Shown here: piece after piece, positions 1 through 8,782 of the stretch
Position numbering within the stretch: position 1 is the stretch's first letter
How the letters are laid out: each line of letters opens with the position of its first letter
From: an uncultured virus (IMG/VR IMGVR_UViG_3300036944_000487)
Lineage: Duplodnaviria > Heunggongvirae > Uroviricota > Caudoviricetes
DNA length: 64,000 nucleotides
IMG/VR virus record: IMGVR_UViG_3300036944_000487
Direction: 5' to 3' (one strand)
Program-made: the position numbers and the translations under genes
The notes under the pieces: generated by a model
The model's database searches: none
Told to the model about the DNA's origin: nothing
What the model saw: only the letters and a program-made list of their open reading frames with translations

Positions 1-255
1 AGCATCGTCAGTGGCATGGCACCTGGTGCTGATCGACTGGCAGTGCAGTTCGCTAAGCGGCATGAAGTGCAGCTGTACGAGTTCCCTGCGGACTGGGATG
101 GCTATGGAAAAGCTGCAGGCTTCATACGCAACAAACAGATGGCCGAGTTCAGTCATGGACTCCTGGCCTTCTGGAATGGTGAGAGCAAGGGCACTGCTCA
201 CATGATCAAAACCATGCAGGACATGAATCGTCCTGTGCACATCGTCAAGTACTGA
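1..255 (+). CDS. SLOG/DUF2493 (YspA-like) family protein, 5' truncated by window edge
   Basis: Frame open from base 1 (SIVSGMAPGAD...); VSG.A.GAD and ADW..YGKAAGFIRN..M motifs. Confidence 0.8.
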   Translation, partial: SIVSGMAPGADRLAVQFAKRHEVQLYEFPADWDGYGKAAGFIRNKQMAEFSHGLLAFWNGESKGTAHMIKTMQDMNRPVHIVKY

Positions 256-277
256 CTGACCCCTCAAGGAGAACCTC

Positions 278-463
278 ATGAATGAAGAAGACGGTCATGC
301 CATGTTGGTGGCCCGATGCAAAGCTCTGAAGAAGCTCGCTTGCGATCTGATCTCAGATGCTGCTGCAAACATGGGCTATCCACTGACTGACAAGCAAGTG
401 GAGAAGCAGCTGGAAGATGCTGTGGAACACCAAGCTCCAGGCTGCAGCCACACCGTCAGGTAA
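278..463 (+). CDS. hypothetical protein
   Basis: 61-aa ORF with AAGGAG RBS, phage-like codon usage. Confidence 0.6.
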   Translation: MNEEDGHAMLVARCKALKKLACDLISDAAANMGYPLTDKQVEKQLEDAVEHQAPGCSHTVR

Positions 464-483
464 CCAACCTCAAGGAGATCTGC

Positions 484-1395
484 ATGGAAACCATGCTCGA
501 CGTAGTGGCCCAAGAGAACATCGAGGGCCAGTACAACCGCAAGCACATCGACACCAAGATCAGGGAGGCTATCCAAGCCAACCCGATCATGGTGCAGAGG
601 CTGAGCCAAGGTGCTGAGCTGGTCAAGGCCTACCTCACGGGAAGCTACTACGCATCCAAGATGAAGCGCCTGGCCCAACTCCAGACCCTGGATGTTGAAG
701 CCCTGGTCATGGACATCTTCGTGGGTGTGGCCTACCTGCTCAGGCCTGAGCTGTTCACCTCGGTGTCAGCACAGATGAGCGATCGACTGGGCTTCAATGA
801 CCGGGTCGAAGCCATCACCACAGTGGGCGAGCTCATCGCAGTACTGTGTGAGACCGATGCCTACGACATCCTCAAAGAGAAGCGTCAAAGCTCCTTGATG
901 GTGGTGTCACGCATCCCACTCGATGAAGAACTCACCCACTTCATCGAGCACAGCCAGTACCTGCCTCCCATGCTGTGTGAGCCTCTCAAGCTCACCCACA
1001 ACCACAGCAGTGGCTACCTCACCCACAACGATTCGTTGATCCTGGGCTCAGGTAACCACCACGATGGGGACATCTGCCTAGATGTTCTCAACACCGTGAA
1101 CAGGGTGCAGCTCAAGCTCGCTACGGACTTCCTGTCCACAGTGGAAGAGGAACCCACCTTCGAAGTGGACACCCAAGAGAAGGCAGACCACTGGCTTCAC
1201 TTCAAGAAGCAGAGCTACTTCTTCTACAAGCTGATGGCTACCTCAGGCAATCGCATCTACTTCACCAACAAGGTGGACAAGCGAGGCCGGATGTACGCCT
1301 GTGGATACCACATGAATCCTCAAGGCGCAGCCTTCAAGAAAGCACAGCTCGAGCTGGCCAAAGAAGAGCTGGTGGAAGGTGTACCAACAATCTAA
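484..1395 (+). CDS. N4-like RNA polymerase II subunit 1 (gp15-like)
   Basis: YLPPM..P, DKRGRMY..GY..NPQG motifs of T7-type RNAP N-half; directly upstream of subunit 2. Confidence 0.92.
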   Translation: METMLDVVAQENIEGQYNRKHIDTKIREAIQANPIMVQRLSQGAELVKAYLTGSYYASKMKRLAQLQTLDVEALVMDIFVGVAYLLRPELFTSVSAQMSDRLGFNDRVEAITTVGELIAVLCETDAYDILKEKRQSSLMVVSRIPLDEELTHFIEHSQYLPPMLCEPLKLTHNHSSGYLTHNDSLILGSGNHHDGDICLDVLNTVNRVQLKLATDFLSTVEEEPTFEVDTQEKADHWLHFKKQSYFFYKLMATSGNRIYFTNKVDKRGRMYACGYHMNPQGAAFKKAQLELAKEELVEGVPTI

Positions 1396-1408
1396 CTAAG
1401 GAACCAAC

Positions 1409-2125
1409 GTGAAGAAATACTCAGGCTGGGAATACCTGCTCATCGATGTAGCCAACCAGTATGGTCACGACAAGATGACGTTCGAAGATCGCATCAAGTG
1501 GGCTACCAACAACCTCAACAATCTGGAACAACTGGCTGATCAAGCCGAGACCAAGCCCTTGTATGCGAAGGCTGTCATGGCCATCCGCAAGGCTCAGCAA
1601 GGCATCCCTACCGGTCACCTGGTGGGACTCGATGCCTGCTGCTCTGGCATCCAGATCATGTCAGCCCTCACAGGCTGCGTGTCTGGTGCTGAAGCCACTG
1701 GCATGGTGAACCCTGATGAGCGTGCAGACGCCTATACCAAGGTCACCAAGACCATGGAAGGCATCCTGGGCAGTGCCGTCGACATCTCTCGCAGCAATGC
1801 GAAGGACGCAACAATGCACAGTTTTTACGGCTCGAAGAAGTCTCCCAAGAACATCTTCGGTGAGAACACACCGGAGCTGAATGCCTTCTACGAGGCTGCT
1901 CACACCGTGGCACCCGGTGCATGGGAACTGCTCCAGGATCTCCTGGCCTCGTGGAACCCCTATGCCTTGTCCCACTCGTGGAAGCTGCCTGATGGCTTCG
2001 ATGCACGAGTCAAGGTCATGAAGAAGAAGACTGCCCGCATCGAGGTGGACGAGCTCGATCATTCGAGCTTCACCTACGAGTTCTACGAGAACGAAGGTGC
2101 CAAGTCTGGCCTCAGCAATGTAGCT
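1409..2125 (+). CDS. N4-like RNA polymerase II subunit 2 (gp16-like), exon 1
   Basis: Motif A GLDACCSGIQ, motif B R..AK...M..FYGS; frame ends at SNVA just before the intron. Confidence 0.9.
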
Positions 2126-3276
2126 AAATGAGATTGGCTAGGCCCACAGCAATGTGGAGCCATGTACAGGGTGAATTGTCTGGGAGGCTAACGGCGAAAG
2201 CCCATGCTAATCAGCAGCCAAGCCTAGGAAGCGATTCCTAGGAAGGTTCAGAGACTAGGGAATACAAACTCACTGAGTTTATGAATCCCGTAGGACAGGT
2301 AAGTACCGTCCGAAGTGCCCTGCCCCTAGAAATAGGGTGAAGATATAGTCCGACACTCCGATGAAAATCGGAGAACTTTTACTAGTCGTGAGACAATTAA
2401 TGCGTCAATAGTGTGCGTTCACTAGATAGGAATTCAGATGCGTGAGTACTTGGTTTACTGGTATCACTTGGCAGAGCACACCGACCCCCTTTCACAGGGG
2501 TACGTAGGCGTAACTTGTCAAAATGATGTGCGCAAACGCTGCCACATCAACGGTAGTACCGGTGGAAGCAAAGTGCTTCACCAAGCGTTCAAGAAGTACG
2601 GTGTGGGAGCCATCATTCAAGACATTCTCTGCACTACAACAGATGCAGAGACTGCCTACACGCTCGAGCAACATTACCGCCCACTGCCTAGGATCGGATG
2701 GAATCTTGCTGCTGGTGGAGGGCTACCTCCTGACACCACAGGCAGGGTTGATTCGCCAGAGGTTCGTAAAAAGCGCGGACTAAGTGTTCAAAAAGCCAGG
2801 CTAACCAAAGTGTTCCCCAATAAATTCAAGGGGACAACCGGTCGCTACAGCCAGGCAGAGCGAGACAACATTGGTAGCTACCACCGTGGAAAAACAATCT
2901 CAGAGGCGCACAGAAAGGCTATCACGGAGAAGATCTCTGGAGGTGACAGCCCGAAGGCCAAGGAGATCTACTTGGTCCATGTTGATTTCCCTGAGGTTGT
3001 TTATTGTTACCCCTGTATCAAGGTCGCAGCAGACACCCACGGAATCCCGTACAACACGCTACGAAGCCAAGCCCAACGCACGCTGAAAAACAACACACCA
3101 TCTGAGTCATCGAGAACGGGTTGGATGTGCCTTACCAAAGACACTGCCAGTGAACCAGTAAAAGCGGTTCAGATGATGAAAGATGCACGCATAGCTCGAT
3201 GGACTCGCATCGTTGCTGAGAGAAAGCACAAACGACTAGTAGAAGGTGCTGGAGTAACGCCCAGCATTAACAGATG
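2126..3276 (+). mobile_element. Group I self-splicing intron (IA-like) with homing endonuclease ORF
   Basis: P (AATTGTCTGGGA), Q (AATCAGCAG), R (GTTCAGAGACTA), S (AAGATATAGTCC) elements; exon ends in U with P1 UAGCU/GGCUA; intron ends in G; removal restores SNVA-NMTHSMDA in frame. Confidence 0.92.
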
Positions 3277-3277
3277 A
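2438..3277 (+). CDS. Intron-encoded GIY-YIG homing endonuclease with NUMOD3-like repeats
   Basis: VYW...GYVGVT, R...H, GWNLAAGG, HRGKTISEAHRKAI; atypical codon usage. Confidence 0.85.
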   Translation: MREYLVYWYHLAEHTDPLSQGYVGVTCQNDVRKRCHINGSTGGSKVLHQAFKKYGVGAIIQDILCTTTDAETAYTLEQHYRPLPRIGWNLAAGGGLPPDTTGRVDSPEVRKKRGLSVQKARLTKVFPNKFKGTTGRYSQAERDNIGSYHRGKTISEAHRKAITEKISGGDSPKAKEIYLVHVDFPEVVYCYPCIKVAADTHGIPYNTLRSQAQRTLKNNTPSESSRTGWMCLTKDTASEPVKAVQMMKDARIARWTRIVAERKHKRLVEGAGVTPSINR

Positions 3278-3798
3278 ACATGACGCACAGCATGGATGCG
3301 TGGGTACTGAGGAGCATGCATCGCAGGCTGAACTACGACCATGGCGTTGCCCTGCACATCGCCAACTGCATCGAGGATGAGCTCATCGAGCGCAGCCTGG
3401 GTACGAAACCTGAAGAGCTGTCCCTCAGCCCCAAAGTGGCGTACTACATCGAGCAGTACAGGCGTAGCTCTCTGGCTGACATCGTCATCCTGCCGCACCT
3501 AGACAGGGACGAGATCACCCACCTGAGCACCGAGCATCTCCAGGCTCTGGCTCAGATTCTCACCGGCATGCTGCAGCACCTTCCCTTCGAGCTCATCACT
3601 GTCCATGATGAGTTCAAGGCACATCCCAACAACCTGAACCAGGTGCGTTGGATGTACCGAGAGATCATGGCTGAGATCGCAGAAAGCAACGTACTCGACG
3701 ACCTTCTCAGCCAGATCATGGGTGCACCTGGTACCTTCAACAAGGTGAACTTCAACCTGCCTGAGCTGATTCGTCAGTCGAACTACGCACTGTGTTGA
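3277..3798 (+). CDS. N4-like RNA polymerase II subunit 2, exon 2
   Basis: N.THS.DA and motif C TVHDEF; spliced product 412 aa. Confidence 0.9.
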   Translation, partial: NMTHSMDAWVLRSMHRRLNYDHGVALHIANCIEDELIERSLGTKPEELSLSPKVAYYIEQYRRSSLADIVILPHLDRDEITHLSTEHLQALAQILTGMLQHLPFELITVHDEFKAHPNNLNQVRWMYREIMAEIAESNVLDDLLSQIMGAPGTFNKVNFNLPELIRQSNYALC

Positions 3799-3807
3799 GT
3801 AGAACAG

Positions 3808-3822
3808 GCGCACTCCGTGCGC
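3808..3822 (+). promoter_or_regulatory. Hairpin with TCC loop (template-strand C-GGA-G), candidate phage RNAP promoter
   Basis: GCGCAC-TCC-GTGCGC; matches the C-GDA-G triloop of N4 vRNAP promoters on the minus strand. Confidence 0.5.
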
Positions 3823-4317
3823 TGGGTGAATGGGGAAGAGGATGAGCCAACTGGCTGATCTCCTACTCCATTCTTCTTTCCATCAACCCACAGAGCAATT
3901 CAATGAAGAAGCTGCTGAATGCCATTCGGGATGCTTACTACAGTGTCCTCGTCATAGCCTTCAGTCGCTTCCATTGGATCGACTGATCGCTCAGTCGCTC
4001 TGTCAGACAATCATCAGGAGAGAACCATGCGTTAACTGACGCTGCCGTAGCGCAGCAAAGCTCAATAGATCTCTATGGATAACCCCGGTTCTTGAGCTTC
4101 ACCTAACACTGGGCCGCACGACACACCGTTGCATAGTGCCCGTAGCCAAACAGTACGTCTCATCGACGTGCATGTGAGTACCCCTAACCAGCTTGAGTGC
4201 TGGACATCGAGTAGCTCCTCCTTTCATAGCCCGCATTGGCTCTAAACAACGGATGTAGAAGCAGCGAACGCATCTAAATAAGCCCGCCACGCCCTCGACT
4301 GAGGAACAGCACTGAAC

Positions 4318-4359
4318 AAGCCCAGCACCCTACCCAGGGTGTCTGGGCTTTTCTTTTTT
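4318..4359 (+). terminator. Intrinsic terminator
   Basis: AAGCCCAGCACCC/GGGTGTCTGGGCTT stem followed by T-tract. Confidence 0.75.
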
Positions 4360-4382
4360 CCCTTACCCACACACCAAACACC

Positions 4383-4664
4383 ATGAAGTCATCCCGTTTC
4401 TCAAGCCTGGCCAGTCTCCTAGCTGCAGCAACCATGGGCCTTGGCGCATCTCTGAGCCCCGCAGGCTTGGGCATGGGTGCACCAACCATGTCTGTGAGCT
4501 CCTCGCGCAACCGTCAATCGCTGCTTCAGAGCATCCGCACCGGTCGCAACACGGCTCCTGTCAACAGCTACCCCAGTGGCCCTGGCTGGACCCAAGCGCA
4601 GGTTCAACGCATGGCCCGCAAGAAGCGGAATGTGAAGGCCAACCGTCGCAACCAACGAGGCTGA
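4383..4664 (+). CDS. hypothetical basic protein
   Basis: 93-aa ORF, Arg/Lys-rich C-terminus. Confidence 0.6.
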   Translation: MKSSRFSSLASLLAAATMGLGASLSPAGLGMGAPTMSVSSSRNRQSLLQSIRTGRNTAPVNSYPSGPGWTQAQVQRMARKKRNVKANRRNQRG

Positions 4665-4667
4665 AAC

Positions 4668-4859
4668 ATGCGCCACCACACCGACCTTTCCGCAGGAGCC
4701 ATCTTCATCCTGTCCGTCTGGTTCCTGGCCATCCTCGGATGGGTCATGAACATCTTTGACATCGTGGAGATGGTCAACGATCCGATCACCGGGATGTTCA
4801 TCCTCCGCTGTATCGGCGTCTTTGTTGCTCCCCTGGGCAGCATCCTGGGGTACTTCTAG
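4668..4859 (+). CDS. small membrane protein
   Basis: Two hydrophobic segments; GW.MN...RCIGVFVAPLG.ILG pattern common in phages. Confidence 0.7.
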   Translation: MRHHTDLSAGAIFILSVWFLAILGWVMNIFDIVEMVNDPITGMFILRCIGVFVAPLGSILGYF

Positions 4860-4980
4860 TCCCCCAACAGAAGTCCTGAGAAGTTCTCCAGAACTTCTCT
4901 CCCAACCCATACCGATAACCTAATTTTTGGAATCGGTGATTTTTGACTATGTCAACCCGAGGGTATGACTAGGAGAACCC

Positions 4981-5226
4981 ATGCCCCACTTTTCTGAAGA
5001 ACAGCTCAAAGAACTCGAGTCCCTCTACGAACTGAAGTCCAAGGAAACCCGCGAGGTTTTCGATGGGGTGGTGACCAGAGGCGCAATGGTGTGGTGGAAG
5101 GGAGAAGACGGTCCTGAGCACGTCAGCACTTCCGGCCATAGCCACTGGAACAACCTCAGGAATTTCCCGAAGCTGTACAGCATCAGCAAGCCCGCCACCA
5201 AGCTCGTCTACGTGGACCTGGAATGA
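4981..5226 (+). CDS. hypothetical protein
   Basis: AGGAG RBS; ATGA-coupled to next ORF. Confidence 0.65.
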   Translation: MPHFSEEQLKELESLYELKSKETREVFDGVVTRGAMVWWKGEDGPEHVSTSGHSHWNNLRNFPKLYSISKPATKLVYVDLE

Positions 5227-5513
5227 AGCAGCCCATCAAAGCCGGTGACCTCGCAGAGGTCATTGGCGGTCTCCAGGGGCGAGACAGTCCCAACCTGGGG
5301 CTCATCGTCAAGGTGCTCACATCCCAAGGTGAGCACAGCCAATACGGACCCATCTGGATCTGTCAGGCCGAGCACGCAGTCATTGGCCAACCAGGTACCC
5401 GTGACATGGCTCCTGGCTGTGCTCACTTCGCTCAGGACTGGCTCCGAAAGATCGAGCCACCGTCTCAGCCCACCAACACCGAAACCAACGTCTCCAAGGA
5501 GATCACAGCATGA
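5223..5513 (+). CDS. hypothetical protein (KOW/SH3-like start IKAGDLAEVIGG)
   Basis: Coupled ORF chain. Confidence 0.65.
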   Translation: MKQPIKAGDLAEVIGGLQGRDSPNLGLIVKVLTSQGEHSQYGPIWICQAEHAVIGQPGTRDMAPGCAHFAQDWLRKIEPPSQPTNTETNVSKEITA

Positions 5514-5770
5514 CAGTCATTTCCCTCAGCCAAGTCCAGAAGAGCCAGATCTCTCTGGACTACGGCCTGAACCTCTTCACCATCAACGAGCTGGCCTATC
5601 ACAACAGTTGCTCCCGTCGCACGATCATCCGTGTGCTGGAAGAAGCTGGCCACCAGAACGTGGTCAAGAAGCGCCAGCCCAAGCCCAAGCCGGTTCCTGT
5701 CGTGATCCCCACCAGAACTCCCTGGTGGAAGCGCATCACTGGCTGGATGACCGGAGAGGTGCGTACGTGA
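5510..5770 (+). CDS. putative HTH DNA-binding protein
   Basis: TINELAYHNSCSRRTIIRVL resembles helix-turn-helix. Confidence 0.6.
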   Translation: MTVISLSQVQKSQISLDYGLNLFTINELAYHNSCSRRTIIRVLEEAGHQNVVKKRQPKPKPVPVVIPTRTPWWKRITGWMTGEVRT

Positions 5771-5985
5771 GTCCTCTTCACATCGCCACCTCACCCCTGA
5801 CCAATCGGATCTTCGTTGGGCGAACCAATAAGGCGGGTACTGCGTTTCTTGCTGGCAAGCAAGACGTAACTGGGCTTGCTTGCGCCGCAGTTGCTCAGTA
5901 CGCACTGGCTGGTGAAGCCACACCCCTCATCGTGACTGCCAACGGCAAACCCAAGTACGAGATCACCGTCAAGGAGATCCCGTGA
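5767..5985 (+). CDS. conserved phage protein (SPLTNRIF.G family)
   Basis: GTGA overlap start; SPLTNRIFVG...KQDVT motif. Confidence 0.65.
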   Translation: MSPLHIATSPLTNRIFVGRTNKAGTAFLAGKQDVTGLACAAVAQYALAGEATPLIVTANGKPKYEITVKEIP

Positions 5986-6164
5986 GCAACTCACAGCCGC
6001 CCATCCGGGCGGTACCTCTGATGCTGTTCCCCGCAATGAGCAGCTTGAACGAAGTGGTGACCTACGCCACCTCCAAAGTCCCAGTCATCAGTCACAACGA
6101 GATGTTCTCTTTGCTGATGACGTACCACAACACGTTGCTCAAGGTCATAGAAGACCAGAAGTGA
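5982..6164 (+). CDS. conserved N4-like hypothetical protein
   Basis: LMTYHNTLL motif; precedes gp24-like ATPase. Confidence 0.65.
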   Translation: MSNSQPPIRAVPLMLFPAMSSLNEVVTYATSKVPVISHNEMFSLLMTYHNTLLKVIEDQK

Positions 6165-7207
6165 GCAGCACAACTCAGCAGAACACTATGCAAGTCAAGG
6201 TCAGTCAAGCAACGCGGATGATTGCCACCGCCATCAAAGCCAAGATCACTCCCATGATTCATGGAAGCCCTGGCATCGGCAAGTCCCAGATCGTCTACCA
6301 GATCGCAGAGACCTACAACCTGAAGGTCATCGACCTCCGTCTCAGCCAGTGTGACCCCACGGACCTGGCAGGATTCCCGCAAATTGACCTGGCTCGTCAG
6401 AAGGCTGGCTACGTCCCCATGGACACCTTCCCTCTCGAAGGTGAGTCCCCTCCTCCTGGCTACAGCGGCTGGATCCTCTTCCTGGACGAAGCCAACTCAG
6501 CTCCCAAGGCTGTGCAAGCAGCAGCCTACAAGATCATTCTGGATCGAGCAGTGGGTCAAAAGGCTCTGCACCAGCACTGTGCCATCGTCGCTGCAGGCAA
6601 TCTGGAGACGGATGGTGCCATCGTCGAAGAGATGAGCACGGCACTTCAGAGTCGGATGATTCACTTCGAGCTGATCTCCTGCCCGATCGAGTGGCGTGAC
6701 TGGGCCAGCGAGCATCTCAAGAACCACCAGATCCCTGACTTCATCAAGTTCAAGCCAGGAAGCCTGATGACCTTCGCTCCGGACCACACCGATCGCACGT
6801 ACGCATGCCCTCGGACCTGGGAGTTCGGAGACCGGCTCATCACTGCTGAAGGCCTGGACTCTCCCGACATCCTGCCCTTGCTGGCTGGCACCATCTCCGA
6901 AGGTGTGGCCCGTGAGTTCCTGGCCTTCTGCAAGATCTACAAGACCTTGCTGACAGTCGAACAGATCGAAGCCAATCCGGATACCGTCAAGGTGCCCACC
7001 GAACTCAGCGTGACCTGGGCTCTCACTGGCTCCATCAGCCAGAACATGACGGCCTCCAACGCCAGCGCTCTCATGAAGTTTGTGAGTCGTCTGGATGTGG
7101 AGTTCCAGGTGATCACGCTCCGTGAGGTTGTCCGCAAGCACAAGCCTCTGCGTACCCACCCTGCTGTGACGAACTGGATCGCCAAGAGCGCAGTCTCTCT
7201 GTTCTGA
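6161..7207 (+). CDS. MoxR-type AAA+ ATPase (N4 gp24-like)
   Basis: Walker A GSPGIGKS, DLRLSQ.DP.DL.G, Walker B LFLDE, PRTWE. Confidence 0.88.
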   Translation: MSSTTQQNTMQVKVSQATRMIATAIKAKITPMIHGSPGIGKSQIVYQIAETYNLKVIDLRLSQCDPTDLAGFPQIDLARQKAGYVPMDTFPLEGESPPPGYSGWILFLDEANSAPKAVQAAAYKIILDRAVGQKALHQHCAIVAAGNLETDGAIVEEMSTALQSRMIHFELISCPIEWRDWASEHLKNHQIPDFIKFKPGSLMTFAPDHTDRTYACPRTWEFGDRLITAEGLDSPDILPLLAGTISEGVAREFLAFCKIYKTLLTVEQIEANPDTVKVPTELSVTWALTGSISQNMTASNASALMKFVSRLDVEFQVITLREVVRKHKPLRTHPAVTNWIAKSAVSLF

Positions 7208-7220
7208 TACCAACCACCCT

Positions 7221-7252
7221 AAGCCCTGTCCTCAGCAATGAGGCAGGGCTTT
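7221..7252 (+). terminator. Stem-loop / probable terminator after ATPase
   Basis: AAGCCCTG..CCTCA/TGAGGCAGGGCTTT. Confidence 0.55.
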
Positions 7253-7269
7253 CCCAATTCTGGAAGCTC

Positions 7270-7689
7270 ATGAGCATCGACATTCAACTCGCCCAGAGCC
7301 TGGCTGCGAAGTACCACGCCGGTCAGAAGTACGGCACTGTGGACTACACCTGTCACCTCGAAGAGGTCGCAAACAGCGTGACCCTGGGCCACACAGATGA
7401 ACGTCTGATCGTGGTGGCCTGGCTCCACGACATCCTCGAAGACACCACCTGCGTGGTACCCACTCTTCAAGAACTCTTTGAAGACAACGTAGTCGTTGCT
7501 GTGGAAGCCATGACTCGAGGTCGGAACGAAGACAAACAGCAGTACCTGCTTCGCTGCAAAGCCAATCCCATGGCTCGCATCGTCAAGGTCCACGACTCGC
7601 TCTGCAACCTCCGAGCCAGCGTGATGCGCTTCGATCCCAAGCGGATCCAGAAGTACACCCAACAAATCAACTTCCTGGTGAGTCCATGA
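7270..7689 (+). CDS. HD-domain hydrolase, RelA/SpoT hydrolase (Mesh1/SAH)-like
   Basis: H.GQ.Y...Y..H...V, LHDILEDT, A..VK..D...N. Confidence 0.8.
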   Translation: MSIDIQLAQSLAAKYHAGQKYGTVDYTCHLEEVANSVTLGHTDERLIVVAWLHDILEDTTCVVPTLQELFEDNVVVAVEAMTRGRNEDKQQYLLRCKANPMARIVKVHDSLCNLRASVMRFDPKRIQKYTQQINFLVSP

Positions 7690-8027
7690 GCATCATCCAA
7701 GCCTCGTTCTTCTACAAGAACGACCAACCCGGTGGCATCGGGATCACCTTCGGTCCTCCCACCTTCTCTGGCTCCGACCTCGAGCGCATGTTCAACGGCG
7801 ATGTGTCCAAGAAGTTCGCTCATGAGAGTGACCTCGCTCTGGGCAGCAACATCGTGGGTCACATGATCAACCAGCTGGATTCCATCGGGATCCAGAAGAT
7901 GGAAAGTCGACCCATCACAGGTCGTATGGCCATCCTGGCAGCACTCAACATTCAATGGCTCACTAGCCGTGGCTTCATCCCCAACGATGAGTTCAATGGT
8001 GTGCAGTTTGTCGGAGTCAAGGTGTGA
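7686..8027 (+). CDS. hypothetical protein
   Basis: Coupled ORF, 113 aa. Confidence 0.6.
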   Translation: MSIIQASFFYKNDQPGGIGITFGPPTFSGSDLERMFNGDVSKKFAHESDLALGSNIVGHMINQLDSIGIQKMESRPITGRMAILAALNIQWLTSRGFIPNDEFNGVQFVGVKV

Positions 8028-8293
8028 ACACCTTCTTCCTTCTCATGGCTCAGTACAACGCAGCCATGATCCCCATCGACAAGGTGGTTCAGGACTACTT
8101 CCCTCACCTCAGCACTGACAAGTTCATCCGCAAGGTAGGTCTTGGGGAAATCAACATCCCCATGATCCGCATCGAAGCGGGTACGCAGAAGAGTGCCAAG
8201 GGGATCCACATCAACGACCTGGCTACGTACCTCGATGAGAGGCGTGCAGCTGCGGTCAAGGAAGCCAAGCAGTTGGCAGGGAATACAGCATGA
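8024..8293 (+). CDS. Pyocin activator PrtN-family protein (possible excisionase/RDF)
   Basis: MNT.FLLMAQY...IP...V..DYF.HL, QKSAKGIH..DLA.YLD. Confidence 0.85.
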   Translation: MNTFFLLMAQYNAAMIPIDKVVQDYFPHLSTDKFIRKVGLGEINIPMIRIEAGTQKSAKGIHINDLATYLDERRAAAVKEAKQLAGNTA

Positions 8294-8622
8294 GCACCGA
8301 CCGAGGACTGCTGCGGCAGGCGCTGGAGGCGCTGGAGTTGGCCTACGCTGGTGCCGATGCGATCACGGTTCACGGCAAAGCCATCACCGCCATCCGCGCA
8401 GCCCTGGAGCAGCCGGAGCCGGAGCCGGTGGCAATCCATCAGTGGCGAAAGCGGTTTTGCGCCGAATGGTATGACGGCTACGCAGATCATGAAGACGGCG
8501 GAGGCCCATACGAGGAGCGCATCTTGTACACCCACCCACCACAAAAGGAGCAGCATGGGAACCTATCGCAAGGAATGGAACTGCTGCGGCAGCGTCACAG
8601 AAACCGAGGCTTGGGAGCCTGA
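8290..8622 (+). CDS. hypothetical prophage-type protein
   Basis: LRQALEALE...AITAIRAALEQPEPEPVA...LYTHPP pattern; codon style differs from core genes. Confidence 0.6.
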   Translation: MSTDRGLLRQALEALELAYAGADAITVHGKAITAIRAALEQPEPEPVAIHQWRKRFCAEWYDGYADHEDGGGPYEERILYTHPPQKEQHGNLSQGMELLRQRHRNRGLGA

Positions 8623-8782
8623 GGTCTGCCCGTTCTGCGACATAACAGAGGTTACTGCTGCGATTGCGGCAGAGCGCGAGCGGTGCGCAAAGCTGGCCGA
8701 AGAGTACGCAACTTGGGGCGGCAGCAACTTCCACGAGTGGTTCAACAAGTTGGCCGCAGCCATCCGTGCTGACGGGAAGTAG
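8555..8782 (+). CDS. hypothetical protein with CC/CxxC and AERERCAKLAE motif
   Basis: AAGGAG RBS before ATG 8555. Confidence 0.55.
   Translation: MGTYRKEWNCCGSVTETEAWEPEVCPFCDITEVTAAIAAERERCAKLAEEYATWGGSNFHEWFNKLAAAIRADGK

Noticed and set aside
1409..3798. RNAP subunit 2 as a pseudogene or three independent genes
   Set aside because: A group I core and exact in-frame splice junctions explain the interruption
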